This document shows positions 19,201 to 27,694 of a DNA stretch of 39,942 bases, in pieces (position 1 is the first letter of the stretch; every line of letters begins with the position of its first letter). The stretch is from a virus. Lineage: Duplodnaviria > Caudoviricetes. The stretch is taken from positions 1-39,942 of IMG/VR virus record IMGVR_UViG_3300044268_002096, one strand, 5' to 3'. The notes under the pieces were generated by a model, which was not told where the DNA came from, did no database searches, and was given only the letters and a program-made list of their open reading frames with translations. Made by a program: the position numbers and the translations under genes.

Positions 19201-19518
19201 CCGTTAACGAGAATAGGTAGACAAACTACGGCAATAGAAGGTTCTATAGGTCAAAGAAACCAAGCATTTTTAGGTGAACTTTTAATGGACGAGAAATTAT
19301 TTGATGCTTATATAGGAGCAATTACCAGTAGAAAGAAAATTAATAATTTTATTAGAATAGCTAATACTCATCACTCAGTTATGGTTAATGATATTGGTAA
19401 TGAATTAAAATATTACGACCCTGTAGAAAAAAGAGATAATAGACAACCGCTACCTACAAGAGATACATTAAATATCCCAGAAGAAATAATAAAAGCATAC
19501 AATCAATTGGTAAATTAA
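16243..19518 (+). CDS. large putative internal virion protein
   Basis: 1091 aa, mostly helical, with Gly/Ala hydrophobic segments. Size and position match the largest podovirus ejection protein. Confidence 0.55.
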   Translation: MTFEERLNLTATEVGNRALVVNPNLTFSSIFSPDELKIAALKADPELQALARTQLGDEIVDKQLTDFQIIRDRKIPKYDLPPINYDMAVRHPAYTTRLKQYEQALEEGPSLRNLNPFTVNPSLSPGQNLINMKPSEPFGINNAREIASYGIDPAKEIDFDGLIKFKSGLAFGGPRTYTPKQLNYAKNYMGLSTLAIKENPELKGEFANKLPGTFSYVNPSKPELGIRYDEEGKAPVMFDSPLVGGIDFLEFGLQEGPVLAAEIFIGMKGLNRFDDFLKQFPNINTGPIKKIGESVAGNLILAGGAAGTQLIQRFVGASYNAHDMNFTDMLEEAGWIGLLAYGGNQTIDVFLNGVPKIYRAIAGKDVGAAEIKEIRAAIERVRASKKGEKATTVAGKPEEITLLDVDEAIEELSLEIGEDLPKYNPTIGKGSKVQFINDIEQLLISNSSNPKYTKFYNEVFNGNEKTIQKFFSGLFDNLQNSRTANEIGKDLTQRFEANKLDFIEQGNDIVNRLAQSLDNINLAGSPKGVNLLNEVFDEQASSKLYNRFTTEINAASREYKEQLANNVNEAINIPELGGTISAREIRKEMSAFENINKSKLFTAGGKKTENTYYELFSEEARDRLTRYNNGDITLPELNQLRMDLNSYMNTLNPQKAVDQRVFQATKNLQDAIEGEIYNFMKRKIGVRQADEIQNIFQAQKTGTELANQEIIVNLSRQQPESVVNYIFSTNTKNADSNSRVKSLVEFFKKSGNQGQLANLQKRTLDYIRTNFLDLADDTAGNLAANYKTFLQTNKGTLRELFGKDISEFSAANIQKQVIQPIEKLERGLRLAEQRFGTGEPINIVTRILGAGPDQKASGELIDDIKFIEDLIADNAELKTEIADATKSYLAIRLTDADGLFNLNKLDQLLEGGFGSKDLVGLDLSFDGVYGRLLGDESPKFIKNLKVLRDMATRESDRMTSEVFNRAELAAQLGDPQINFLKRMIIPPLTRIGRQTTAIEGSIGQRNQAFLGELLMDEKLFDAYIGAITSRKKINNFIRIANTHHSVMVNDIGNELKYYDPVEKRDNRQPLPTRDTLNIPEEIIKAYNQLVN

Positions 19519-19520
19519 TA

Positions 19521-19901
19521 ATGACTAATTTTTATAATAATTTATTCGATACTCTAGCGGTTACAGACCTTAGGCGAGAAGCTAACAATGCTCGTAATAC
19601 CGCTACTGATCAATACGAAGCAGACGTTGCTAATTATTTAGACCGTGAAGTTGGGGCTATAGAAAAAGGTATTGCAGGTTTATTAGATGAAAAATTAGAG
19701 TTTTCTAGGAATTTAGGCGATAACGTAACTAGTACTTTTACTTATGATTTTGGCGATAACCAAGCTAATTTAGGTATAGAAAAAAGGTTTGCTAACGGTG
19801 GTCAAATAGCTAATAATGGTATTATGCAGTTGCCGATGAGCGAACAAGGTGATAAAATGACAACACAAATGTTTCAAAACGGTTTTAGACCCAGGAGATA
19901 A
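19521..19901 (+). CDS. hypothetical protein (probably virion-associated)
   Basis: 126 aa, with FANGG and GIAGL/GIMQL motifs shared with neighbours. Confidence 0.55.
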   Translation: MTNFYNNLFDTLAVTDLRREANNARNTATDQYEADVANYLDREVGAIEKGIAGLLDEKLEFSRNLGDNVTSTFTYDFGDNQANLGIEKRFANGGQIANNGIMQLPMSEQGDKMTTQMFQNGFRPRR

Positions 19902-19903
19902 CA

Positions 19904-20617
19904 ATGGCAGGTATAGAAGATTTAACTAATATGATGATGACAGGCACTAGAACTGATGTACCGCCTGTACAAGGACCTCCAGTACCTGCTGGTGGACCTC
20001 CGCCTATGGCAGGACCTGTTTCTATGGGCGAACCTAGAATGGCTGCTAATGAACCACGTATGGACCCTATGGAAGGTGAGATGAGTATAGAAGGTGATGC
20101 AACAGCTTTAGCTCAGGCAGTCGTTGGTAGAACAGGTGGTGATATAGCTTCCGCTCGTGCCGTATTAGCTCAAGCTGATATGTTGTTAGCTCAAGCTGAT
20201 AATCGTCAACCACGTATGGCAGCTGATGGTGGTGAATTAAAAGTTGTTCCTGAAGATAATCCAGGATTAAGTAAACTGCCTGAGGAAGTACGAAACCGTA
20301 TGGGCTATAAGAGTATGGGTGGACCGTTGTACGCGGCTGAAGGCAGGGAGATATCTGATGCTGATTTATCTAGATTTCTTATTCCGCCTTTAACTCAATC
20401 TTTAACTCAATCAGGTAGAGCAATGTCTGCTAAAGATGCTGATATGTTACGTCAAATGATAATGAATAGTGTTGGTCAAACAAAAAGAACTTTTTCTAAT
20501 AAAGACATATCAGAAATTATGAAAAATGCAAATGTATTAAAAGAATCAGGTAGAGATATGTCTGATAAAGATAGAGAAATAGCTTTAGAAAGTATGCGAA
20601 ACTATAGAAGAAACTAG
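19904..20617 (+). CDS. Met/Pro-rich hypothetical protein with RxxSxxD repeats
   Basis: AGGAG RBS. Last gene of the + strand late block. Confidence 0.6.
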   Translation: MAGIEDLTNMMMTGTRTDVPPVQGPPVPAGGPPPMAGPVSMGEPRMAANEPRMDPMEGEMSIEGDATALAQAVVGRTGGDIASARAVLAQADMLLAQADNRQPRMAADGGELKVVPEDNPGLSKLPEEVRNRMGYKSMGGPLYAAEGREISDADLSRFLIPPLTQSLTQSGRAMSAKDADMLRQMIMNSVGQTKRTFSNKDISEIMKNANVLKESGRDMSDKDREIALESMRNYRRN

Positions 20618-22056
20618 CTGATCCAGTCTTTCCACTTTTCATCGCCTAAGACTTCTTGAGCAAGATTTAATTTATTACGTAACGCTTTTACGATTTTTTC
20701 GTCAACCGTACCTTTAGCAACTAAATCAATATACGTTACTTTATTTTCTTGTCCTATACGATGAGCACGGTCTTCAGATTGTAAACGTTTTTCTAAGTCG
20801 TAATTATTACTGTAATAAATAACATTACTTGCGGCAGTTAAAGTAATACCATAACCGCCTGTTTGTACATTACTAATTAAATACTGTAGTTTAGAGTTAG
20901 GGTCTTGAAAACGATTAATTATTTGTTGACGTTCTTCATCTGGTGTTTCACCGTAATAAGTAGCCACTGCTTCAACACCTACAAATTCTTGTAACGTTTT
21001 TAATATCCTTTTTATATCATATTGATAATTAGCCCAAATAATAGTTTTACCTTGTGTTTCTGCTAATACATCAATGAGAGCATCTAAACGATTATTTTTT
21101 ATTTCTACTTCTTCGCCTTGGTCGTGTTTAACGAAACCACAAACTACTTGATGTAATCTTAATATCTGGGTTAAAATAGAAGTAACGCTTACTAATTCAT
21201 TTGATTCTAATTCCGCTATCGCATAATCTTTTAGTTCTTTATAAACTTTCTTTTGTTCAGGAGTTAGTTCTACTTCCCTACGTTGATAAACTTTAGCAGG
21301 TAAATCTAAACATTCTTTTTTCAAAACTCTGTAAGAAAACCCATTTACTTTAGTAGTTAGTTCTTCTAAGTTTTGATAACCGATAACTTGTCTAAATGTT
21401 CTAGCCCCCATATTCCTATTAATAAGTTGAGCGTAACGATTTTGAAAAGAATAAAAAGACGTATACCCTAGTAATTGGTCTGATAAAAAAGCACTTTGAC
21501 TATATAAATCTAATGGTGATTGTGTAACGGGAAAACCTGTTAAAATCCTACGGTATTTTGTATTGATAGCTAATTTCAATAAGTTCTTAGTCCGTTGGGC
21601 TTTAGGGTTTTTTATGGTAGTAGATTCATCTACGGCGATTAAACAGTTATGTCCCATAATAAATTTTTCTACAAAAGTTACCCCTTTTTTAGTACTAAAC
21701 GCTTCAACGTTTACAATTAATATTTTTAAATCATCGCTAGGTAGAAATAAATCAGTAAGGTTTTTCTTTTGTTGTTTAGTAGGAGCAGGATTCCATACCG
21801 CTATTTGCCGTAGTACGTGTTCGGGCATATGTGTAGGTATTTCTTTTTCTGACCAATTACGATATACACCTTTAGGAGCGACAATAACTGCGGCATTAAT
21901 ACCACCTTTATCATAAAGTACGGAAATATTATCGATCAATACTTTCGATTTACCCGTACCCATTTCCATAAAGTACGCGTATTCTTTTTTATTCCAAGAA
22001 CGTTTTAACGCTTCTAGTTGGTGCTCGTACGGCTCCGTTTTAAATTTATATTGCAT
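20614..22056 (-). CDS. SNF2-family (SF2) helicase/ATPase
   Basis: EMGTGKS Walker A, VDES Walker B, LTGFP, GGYGITLT and QSEDRAHRIGQ motifs. Confidence 0.92.
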   Translation of the reverse strand: MQYKFKTEPYEHQLEALKRSWNKKEYAYFMEMGTGKSKVLIDNISVLYDKGGINAAVIVAPKGVYRNWSEKEIPTHMPEHVLRQIAVWNPAPTKQQKKNLTDLFLPSDDLKILIVNVEAFSTKKGVTFVEKFIMGHNCLIAVDESTTIKNPKAQRTKNLLKLAINTKYRRILTGFPVTQSPLDLYSQSAFLSDQLLGYTSFYSFQNRYAQLINRNMGARTFRQVIGYQNLEELTTKVNGFSYRVLKKECLDLPAKVYQRREVELTPEQKKVYKELKDYAIAELESNELVSVTSILTQILRLHQVVCGFVKHDQGEEVEIKNNRLDALIDVLAETQGKTIIWANYQYDIKRILKTLQEFVGVEAVATYYGETPDEERQQIINRFQDPNSKLQYLISNVQTGGYGITLTAASNVIYYSNNYDLEKRLQSEDRAHRIGQENKVTYIDLVAKGTVDEKIVKALRNKLNLAQEVLGDEKWKDWIS

Positions 22057-22059
22057 GTT

Positions 22060-22337
22060 CTTTCTAATTTCTAAAGTTGATTATATATTACAATTTATAA
22101 AAAATATAATCCAAAACTAATAGATTCCCCATGCCCTCTAATAGCTTTTACCTAAAAGTAATATTGACGAATCCTTTTATAACGGTAAAAATTTAAGATC
22201 AATATTAGTTTATTAACGATATTAGTAGCTTTTTATTATTTTGTTTAGTAAATTTTTATTTTAAAAAACATAATATCCGTAATAACTTTACTTTGTCGTT
22301 ACTGATATATATTATTTAATTACTAGAAATTAGAAAG
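22060..22337. repeat. 14-bp inverted repeat flanking a divergent AT-rich intergenic region
   Basis: CTTTCTAATTTCTA (22060-22073) is the exact reverse complement of TAGAAATTAGAAAG (22324-22337). Each copy lies just before a start codon. Confidence 0.8.
22287..22315 (+). promoter_or_regulatory. sigma70-like phage promoter, replication operon
   Basis: TTTACT-N17-TATTAT, followed by AGAAAGGAG RBS. Confidence 0.7.
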
Positions 22338-22344
22338 GAGAAAC

Positions 22345-22671
22345 ATGACAGTATATGTTGTACAAGAAGTTCCAGGACGAAATATCGCCTCTGCTCGGCA
22401 GTACGGTGACTTCGAAGTCTTATTACCTTCTAACACACAAATTATGTTAAGTGCCTCTCCTTCGGTACGTAGGATGAAAAAAATCTTACAAGATTACAAG
22501 ACAGAAGATTATTTACTTCTAATTGGTGATCCTGCGGCTATAGGTGTAGCGTGTTCAATCGCTGCGTATTTTAATCGAGGAAGATTTAATATTCTTAAAT
22601 GGGATAGACAAGAGGGTATTTATTATCCTGTTGAAATCGACCTACATCAAAAAGGAGAGTTAGATGACTAA
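22345..22671 (+). CDS. conserved hypothetical protein
   Basis: Strong RBS. DYLLLIGDP and LKWDR motifs. Confidence 0.7.
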   Translation: MTVYVVQEVPGRNIASARQYGDFEVLLPSNTQIMLSASPSVRRMKKILQDYKTEDYLLLIGDPAAIGVACSIAAYFNRGRFNILKWDRQEGIYYPVEIDLHQKGELDD

Positions 22672-23236
22672 ACCTACGTTCGAAGAACTTGTTGGGGAAG
22701 ACGGCGTCCAGGAATGGAATAACGAAGTTTCCGATAGCGAGTTATCTACCGTTTCTGTTTTAGCCAATAAACAACTACAACTAGCTAAAGAATTAGAACA
22801 GTTAGAACTAGATGTAAAAGCTAAAAAAGAAGAACTTAGATTAACTGCAGAACAAGAGCTACCTGATGCTATGGCAGCAGCAGGGCTAAATGAGATTACT
22901 CTTAGTACGGGTGAAAAAATATCCGTCGGAGAATTTTATAGTGCTCATATTTCTAAAGCTAATCAAGAGATAGCGTATAGGTGGTTGATAGATAACGGAC
23001 ACGAGGGTTTAATTAAAAACGAAGTTTTAGTTAAATTTAATCGTGAAGAAAGCCAAGCGGTTGATCAAACCGTAGAAGCTCTTAAAACCCGTGGACTAGA
23101 CCCACAAATAAAACAAAGCGTTCATCCTAGTACGTTAAAAGCGTTCGTAAAAGAACAACTTACTACGGGGAAGGACATTCCATCAGAACCATTTGGTATC
23201 TATATAGGTACTAAAGCAACTATAAAAAAGGATTAA
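22664..23236 (+). CDS. coiled-coil hypothetical protein of the replication module
   Basis: ELPDAM...WLIDNGH..LIK...VHPSTLKAFVKE motif. AGGAG RBS. Confidence 0.7.
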   Translation: MTKPTFEELVGEDGVQEWNNEVSDSELSTVSVLANKQLQLAKELEQLELDVKAKKEELRLTAEQELPDAMAAAGLNEITLSTGEKISVGEFYSAHISKANQEIAYRWLIDNGHEGLIKNEVLVKFNREESQAVDQTVEALKTRGLDPQIKQSVHPSTLKAFVKEQLTTGKDIPSEPFGIYIGTKATIKKD

Positions 23237-23237
23237 T

Positions 23238-24014
23238 ATGCCTGAAGAAAAAACTCAAATAGCTGAGAGTCAAAAAACAGCAATAGCTACTTTCGATGAT
23301 ACTTTATTATCGGGTGGCACAGGACTAGAAGAAACTACTACGGAAGATTTTGCAATACCGTTTATTCGCGTATTACAACCTATGTCTCCGCAGTTAATAA
23401 AGTCTAACGGTAGCTATGTAGAAGGAGCTAGTGCAGGAGATTTATATAATACTGTTACTGGTGAAACTTACGACGGTGAGAAAGGTATAAATATTGTACC
23501 TTGTGCTTATAATAAGAAATTCATCGAGTGGATTCCTAGAGAAAAAGGTGGTGGTTTAGTAAATGCTGGACACGATATGTCTATACTTAGTAAGTGTAAA
23601 CGTGATGAAGAGTCTAGAAGATACTATACTTCCGAAGGTAATGAGATAGTAGAAACTGCACAGTTTTTCGTATTAATTACCGACCCTACGCCACAACAAG
23701 CAGTGTTGGCATTTACATCTACTCAATTAGGCGTGGCTAGAAAATGGCTAACTATGTTACGTATGGCTAGAGTACAAAACTCTAAAGGAGAGTCCGTTGA
23801 GGCACCTATGTTCGCGTTTACTTATAATCTAGCGTCTACTACTCAATCTAACGATAAAGGTACGTGGCATGGTTATAGTGTTAATCAAACAGGGGCTACT
23901 GATTTAACAACTGCAAAAATAGCTAAAGAATTTATGTCAGCGGCTAGATCAGGTGAAGTTAAAGTTAAAGAGGAGCTACAAGCAGACGACGTAACGTTAA
24001 ATGAAACTATCTAA
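23238..24014 (+). CDS. putative single-stranded DNA-binding protein
   Basis: DFAIPFIRVLQPMSPQ N-terminus, NDKGTW, acidic C-terminal tail. Located before the primase. Confidence 0.55.
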   Translation: MPEEKTQIAESQKTAIATFDDTLLSGGTGLEETTTEDFAIPFIRVLQPMSPQLIKSNGSYVEGASAGDLYNTVTGETYDGEKGINIVPCAYNKKFIEWIPREKGGGLVNAGHDMSILSKCKRDEESRRYYTSEGNEIVETAQFFVLITDPTPQQAVLAFTSTQLGVARKWLTMLRMARVQNSKGESVEAPMFAFTYNLASTTQSNDKGTWHGYSVNQTGATDLTTAKIAKEFMSAARSGEVKVKEELQADDVTLNETI

Positions 24015-24028
24015 TCGGGAGATAACTT

Positions 24029-25552
24029 ATGTCGTTAGCAGAGCAATTTGCTATACGATATGCGGGGCTACGCCAAGCATACGGGACGTTCACAGCTACT
24101 GATGATCTGCGAGAGGACGGTAAAGCAAACGGAAAAAATGTAACTATCTCTAAAGAGTTATCTGACGATGATCTTCTAAAATTATGGGAAGGTCATCTGT
24201 CGGGTGAGCAAAGTGTAGGGATTGTACCTATAGACGAAAACAACATGTGTGTTTGGGGTGCTATAGACGTTGATGAATATCAACTAGATTTAAAAGGTTT
24301 GGCTAAAAAATTAGTTAAACATAAATTACCGTTAGTGCTTTGTCGTAGTAAAAGTGGTGGAGCACATATTTATCTTTTTATAGAAGAACCTGTTTCAGCT
24401 AGTTTATTACAACGTAAGTTACGGCAGTTAGCGGCTTCTATTGGCTTCGGACAAGCAGAGATATTTCCTAAACAAACACAGTTGTTGTTAGAACGTGGCG
24501 ATAGAGGTAGCACTTTAAATATGCCTTACTTCGGAGGTGAAAACTCTACCCGTTATGCTTACGGTAATAAAGGTCAAGCTCTAACTCCTGAGGAGTTTTT
24601 AAAATACACCGAAGAAATTACGTTTACTAAAGCTGATTTAGAAAAATACGAAGCGACACCTTTAACCGAGTCCGTTGATTGGTTAGACCAAGCACCGCCT
24701 TGTTTACAGCATTTAGTTGTACAGGGTTTTCCTAAAGGTACAAGGAACTCTGGTTTATTTAACGTAGGTGTGTTTTTACGTAAGAAATACCCAGACGATT
24801 GGGAAAAACGTTTAGAAGATGTAAATATGCAATACATGCAACCGCCGCTAGGAGCACAAGAAGTATTAACGATAGGCAAACAATTACAACGTAAAGATTA
24901 TTTTTATCGGTGTAATGATCAGCCGATAGCTAGTCATTGTAATAGTCCTTTATGTAGGACTAGAAAGCATGGCATAGGGGCTAATGGTGGTACGCCACTA
25001 TTTAGTAATTTAACTAAACAAGACAGTGATCCGCCTATTTGGTTTTTAGATGTAGAAGGGGGTAGATTAGAATTAGAAACAGATGATTTATTAAATCAAA
25101 ATAGATTTCAACGTAAATGTATGGATGCGTTAAATAAAATACCGCCGAAAGTAAAAGAAAACGTTTGGCGACAAATAATACAACAGTTACTAGATTCGTT
25201 GACCGTAGTAGAAGTACCTAAAGAATCTTCTACCGAAGGACATTTTATGGAGTTGTTAGAAGCGTTTTGTACAGAAAGACCTGCTAGAGAACGTGATGAA
25301 TTATTATTACATAAACCTTGGACAGATAAAAATAAAACTTATTTTAGGTTAGCAGATTTGATGGAGTATTTACATAGACATAATTTTAAAGAATACCAAC
25401 GTAATAGATTAACTTCTAAATTAAAACAATTAAATGGTGAGCCATACTTTTTTAATATTAAAGGCAAAGGTATTAATGTTTGGTACATAGATGAATTTGT
25501 AGCTCAAGACGAAGAACACGACTTACCTAATTTTGATGATAGTTTATTATGA
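24029..25552 (+). CDS. primase, AEP/Prim-Pol type with C-terminal primase domain
   Basis: WGAIDVD (DxD), RSKSGGAH (SxxH), EIFPKQ, LNMPY, PPC and GTRN motifs. Confidence 0.8.
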   Translation: MSLAEQFAIRYAGLRQAYGTFTATDDLREDGKANGKNVTISKELSDDDLLKLWEGHLSGEQSVGIVPIDENNMCVWGAIDVDEYQLDLKGLAKKLVKHKLPLVLCRSKSGGAHIYLFIEEPVSASLLQRKLRQLAASIGFGQAEIFPKQTQLLLERGDRGSTLNMPYFGGENSTRYAYGNKGQALTPEEFLKYTEEITFTKADLEKYEATPLTESVDWLDQAPPCLQHLVVQGFPKGTRNSGLFNVGVFLRKKYPDDWEKRLEDVNMQYMQPPLGAQEVLTIGKQLQRKDYFYRCNDQPIASHCNSPLCRTRKHGIGANGGTPLFSNLTKQDSDPPIWFLDVEGGRLELETDDLLNQNRFQRKCMDALNKIPPKVKENVWRQIIQQLLDSLTVVEVPKESSTEGHFMELLEAFCTERPARERDELLLHKPWTDKNKTYFRLADLMEYLHRHNFKEYQRNRLTSKLKQLNGEPYFFNIKGKGINVWYIDEFVAQDEEHDLPNFDDSLL

Positions 25553-26130
25553 TTAAATTTTATAAAAGTAAATTTAACGGATTTAACCCATTGATAATGG
25601 AGTGGGACGAACCTGTAAATAGAAGGTTTAACGGAAAAGAAATACAAGGTAGAAGAACTAAAGCGTTTGGCACTGCTGATTTCGAATACGCAGGTAGACT
25701 GTATAAACCTGTGCCTTGGACACAACCTATGAATTATATCAAAGGTAATTTAGAAACTTTTATAAAACAAGAATTTGGTAGAACCGTTGATTTTAATTTT
25801 TGTTTATGTGGTTATTATGGTATTGATGGTAAAGGTATACCACATCATTCTGATACTGTACCAACGTTAGATGATTTAGTTGTTTCTATATCGTTTGGTT
25901 CGCCTAGACTATTTCAGTGGCAAGAATATAAACGTAATATTAAAGAACATACTGCAACAAGTAAAATCAACACACACTACATACCTAAGAAAAGATTGAC
26001 TAATTATTTAATGGAAAATGGTGATACTTTCGTATTTGATGGTCGCTCACAGATGAAAGCTACTCATGCAGTACCTGATGTTATAGGTGGTGGAGAGCGG
26101 GTTAATTTAACTTTTAGGACAGGGATATGA
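25549..26130 (+). CDS. AlkB-like 2OG-Fe(II) dioxygenase
   Basis: HSD...H iron triad (PHHSD, THAVP), SISFGSPR and terminal RVNLTFR. Confidence 0.85.
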   Translation: MIKFYKSKFNGFNPLIMEWDEPVNRRFNGKEIQGRRTKAFGTADFEYAGRLYKPVPWTQPMNYIKGNLETFIKQEFGRTVDFNFCLCGYYGIDGKGIPHHSDTVPTLDDLVVSISFGSPRLFQWQEYKRNIKEHTATSKINTHYIPKKRLTNYLMENGDTFVFDGRSQMKATHAVPDVIGGGERVNLTFRTGI

Positions 26131-27623
26131 CGTTACCTGTTCATACTCAAGTAATTCTTGGACCTCCTGGAACAGGTAAAACTAGCACTTTATTAGGGTT
26201 AATAGAAGATGAATTAGAAAAAGGTACAAAACCAGAAAGTATTGGCTTTTTTACATTTACTAAAAAAGCCGTAAACGAAGGTAAAGAAAGAGCGATGCAA
26301 CGTTTTAATATCGCTAATAAAGACTTACCGTTTTTTAGAACTTTACATTCATTAGCGTTTAGACAATTAGGACTGAGTAGAGAAAGTGTTATAAGTCATT
26401 CAGATATATTAGATTTAAATGAGAAACTAAATATTCGTTTAACGGGTCGTACTAACTCAGACGATGGACATTTATTTGCTATGACCCATGATGATCGTTT
26501 AGCGTTTATAGAAAATTTAGCTCGTATGCGAGAAATACCATTAGAGCAACAATGGCATGAAGTAGAAGACGCAGTAGGGTGGTTTGAGTTAGAACGTTAC
26601 GCTAGAGGGCTACGTTTATTTAAAGAAGATAGATTGTTAGTAGATTATACAGATATGTTACAACAGTTTTTGTTACGTGGTGACGTGCCTAAACTAGATG
26701 TTATGTTTGTAGATGAAGCTCAAGATTTATCACCGTTACAGTGGGCGGTAGTACGTAAATTAACAGAACAAGCTGACCGTATTTATGTTGCGGGTGATGA
26801 TGATCAAGCTATTTATAAATGGGCGGGAGCAGACGTAGATTATTTAATTAAAAATTCTAGTAATGCTATGGTGTTAAAACAATCGTATCGTGTGCCGTTA
26901 GAAGTTCATGAAGTAGCTAAACGTTGTATCGATCAAGTACGTTCTAGAATCTATAAAGAATGGACACCTAGAAAAGATCAAGGCACCGTACGTTGGGAAC
27001 CAACTATCGAATTAGTAAATATGGAAGAAGGTGAGTGGTTAGTGTTAGCTAGAACTAATTACCTGTTAGAAGAAGTAGATGAGTATTGTAGAAACCAAGG
27101 TTGGTTTTTTGAAGTAAAAGGTAGACCAAGTATTTCTGAAAAGAAAATTAGAGCAGTAATAAATTGGGAACGATTAAACCAAGGTAGAGCAGTGCCGATA
27201 AATGAGTGTATTAATATTTTAAAATATATGCGAATTAAAGACGATAAAAAACTAGATGAGGTTGACGCAGATTTAACAATACAGTATCAAGATTTAAAAA
27301 ATATGTTTCCTGATCTACCTGAAGGTCGTTGGTACGATGCTTTTACTATGTTAAGCGTAAAAGAAATAAGTTATATACGAGCAATGTTACGTAGAGGAGA
27401 AAAAATAACAAAAGAACCACGTATACGTTTATCTACTATTCATGCAGCCAAAGGTGGAGAAGCAACTAATGTAGTGTTATTAACGGATATTACGGCACGA
27501 GTTTATAAAAATTACCAACGTAATCCTGATGATGAAAACAGAGTATTTTATGTAGGTATTACTAGAACGAAAGAAAATTTATATTTGATTGAGCCTAAAA
27601 CAACACGCTGTTATCAAGTATAA
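26127..27623 (+). CDS. UvrD/Rep-like SF1 helicase
   Basis: GPPGTGKT, TLHS, VDEAQD, GDDDQAIY, QSYR, STIHAAKGGE and YVGITR motifs. Confidence 0.92.
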   Translation: MTLPVHTQVILGPPGTGKTSTLLGLIEDELEKGTKPESIGFFTFTKKAVNEGKERAMQRFNIANKDLPFFRTLHSLAFRQLGLSRESVISHSDILDLNEKLNIRLTGRTNSDDGHLFAMTHDDRLAFIENLARMREIPLEQQWHEVEDAVGWFELERYARGLRLFKEDRLLVDYTDMLQQFLLRGDVPKLDVMFVDEAQDLSPLQWAVVRKLTEQADRIYVAGDDDQAIYKWAGADVDYLIKNSSNAMVLKQSYRVPLEVHEVAKRCIDQVRSRIYKEWTPRKDQGTVRWEPTIELVNMEEGEWLVLARTNYLLEEVDEYCRNQGWFFEVKGRPSISEKKIRAVINWERLNQGRAVPINECINILKYMRIKDDKKLDEVDADLTIQYQDLKNMFPDLPEGRWYDAFTMLSVKEISYIRAMLRRGEKITKEPRIRLSTIHAAKGGEATNVVLLTDITARVYKNYQRNPDDENRVFYVGITRTKENLYLIEPKTTRCYQV

Positions 27624-27629
27624 AAGTTC

Positions 27630-27659
27630 TTTACTTTGCACGTAAAAGTAAAGGATAAT
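27630..27659 (+). promoter_or_regulatory. phage promoter for the base-modification/PolA operon
   Basis: TTTACT-N18-GATAAT, then AGAAAGGAG RBS. Confidence 0.6.
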
Positions 27660-27694
27660 AAAATATATGATTAATTTTTTAGAAAGGAGAATAT

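Noticed and set aside
25549-26130. TET/JBP thymine or 5mC hydroxylase
   Set aside because: SISFG..R, HAVP and RVNLTFR fit the AlkB branch better.
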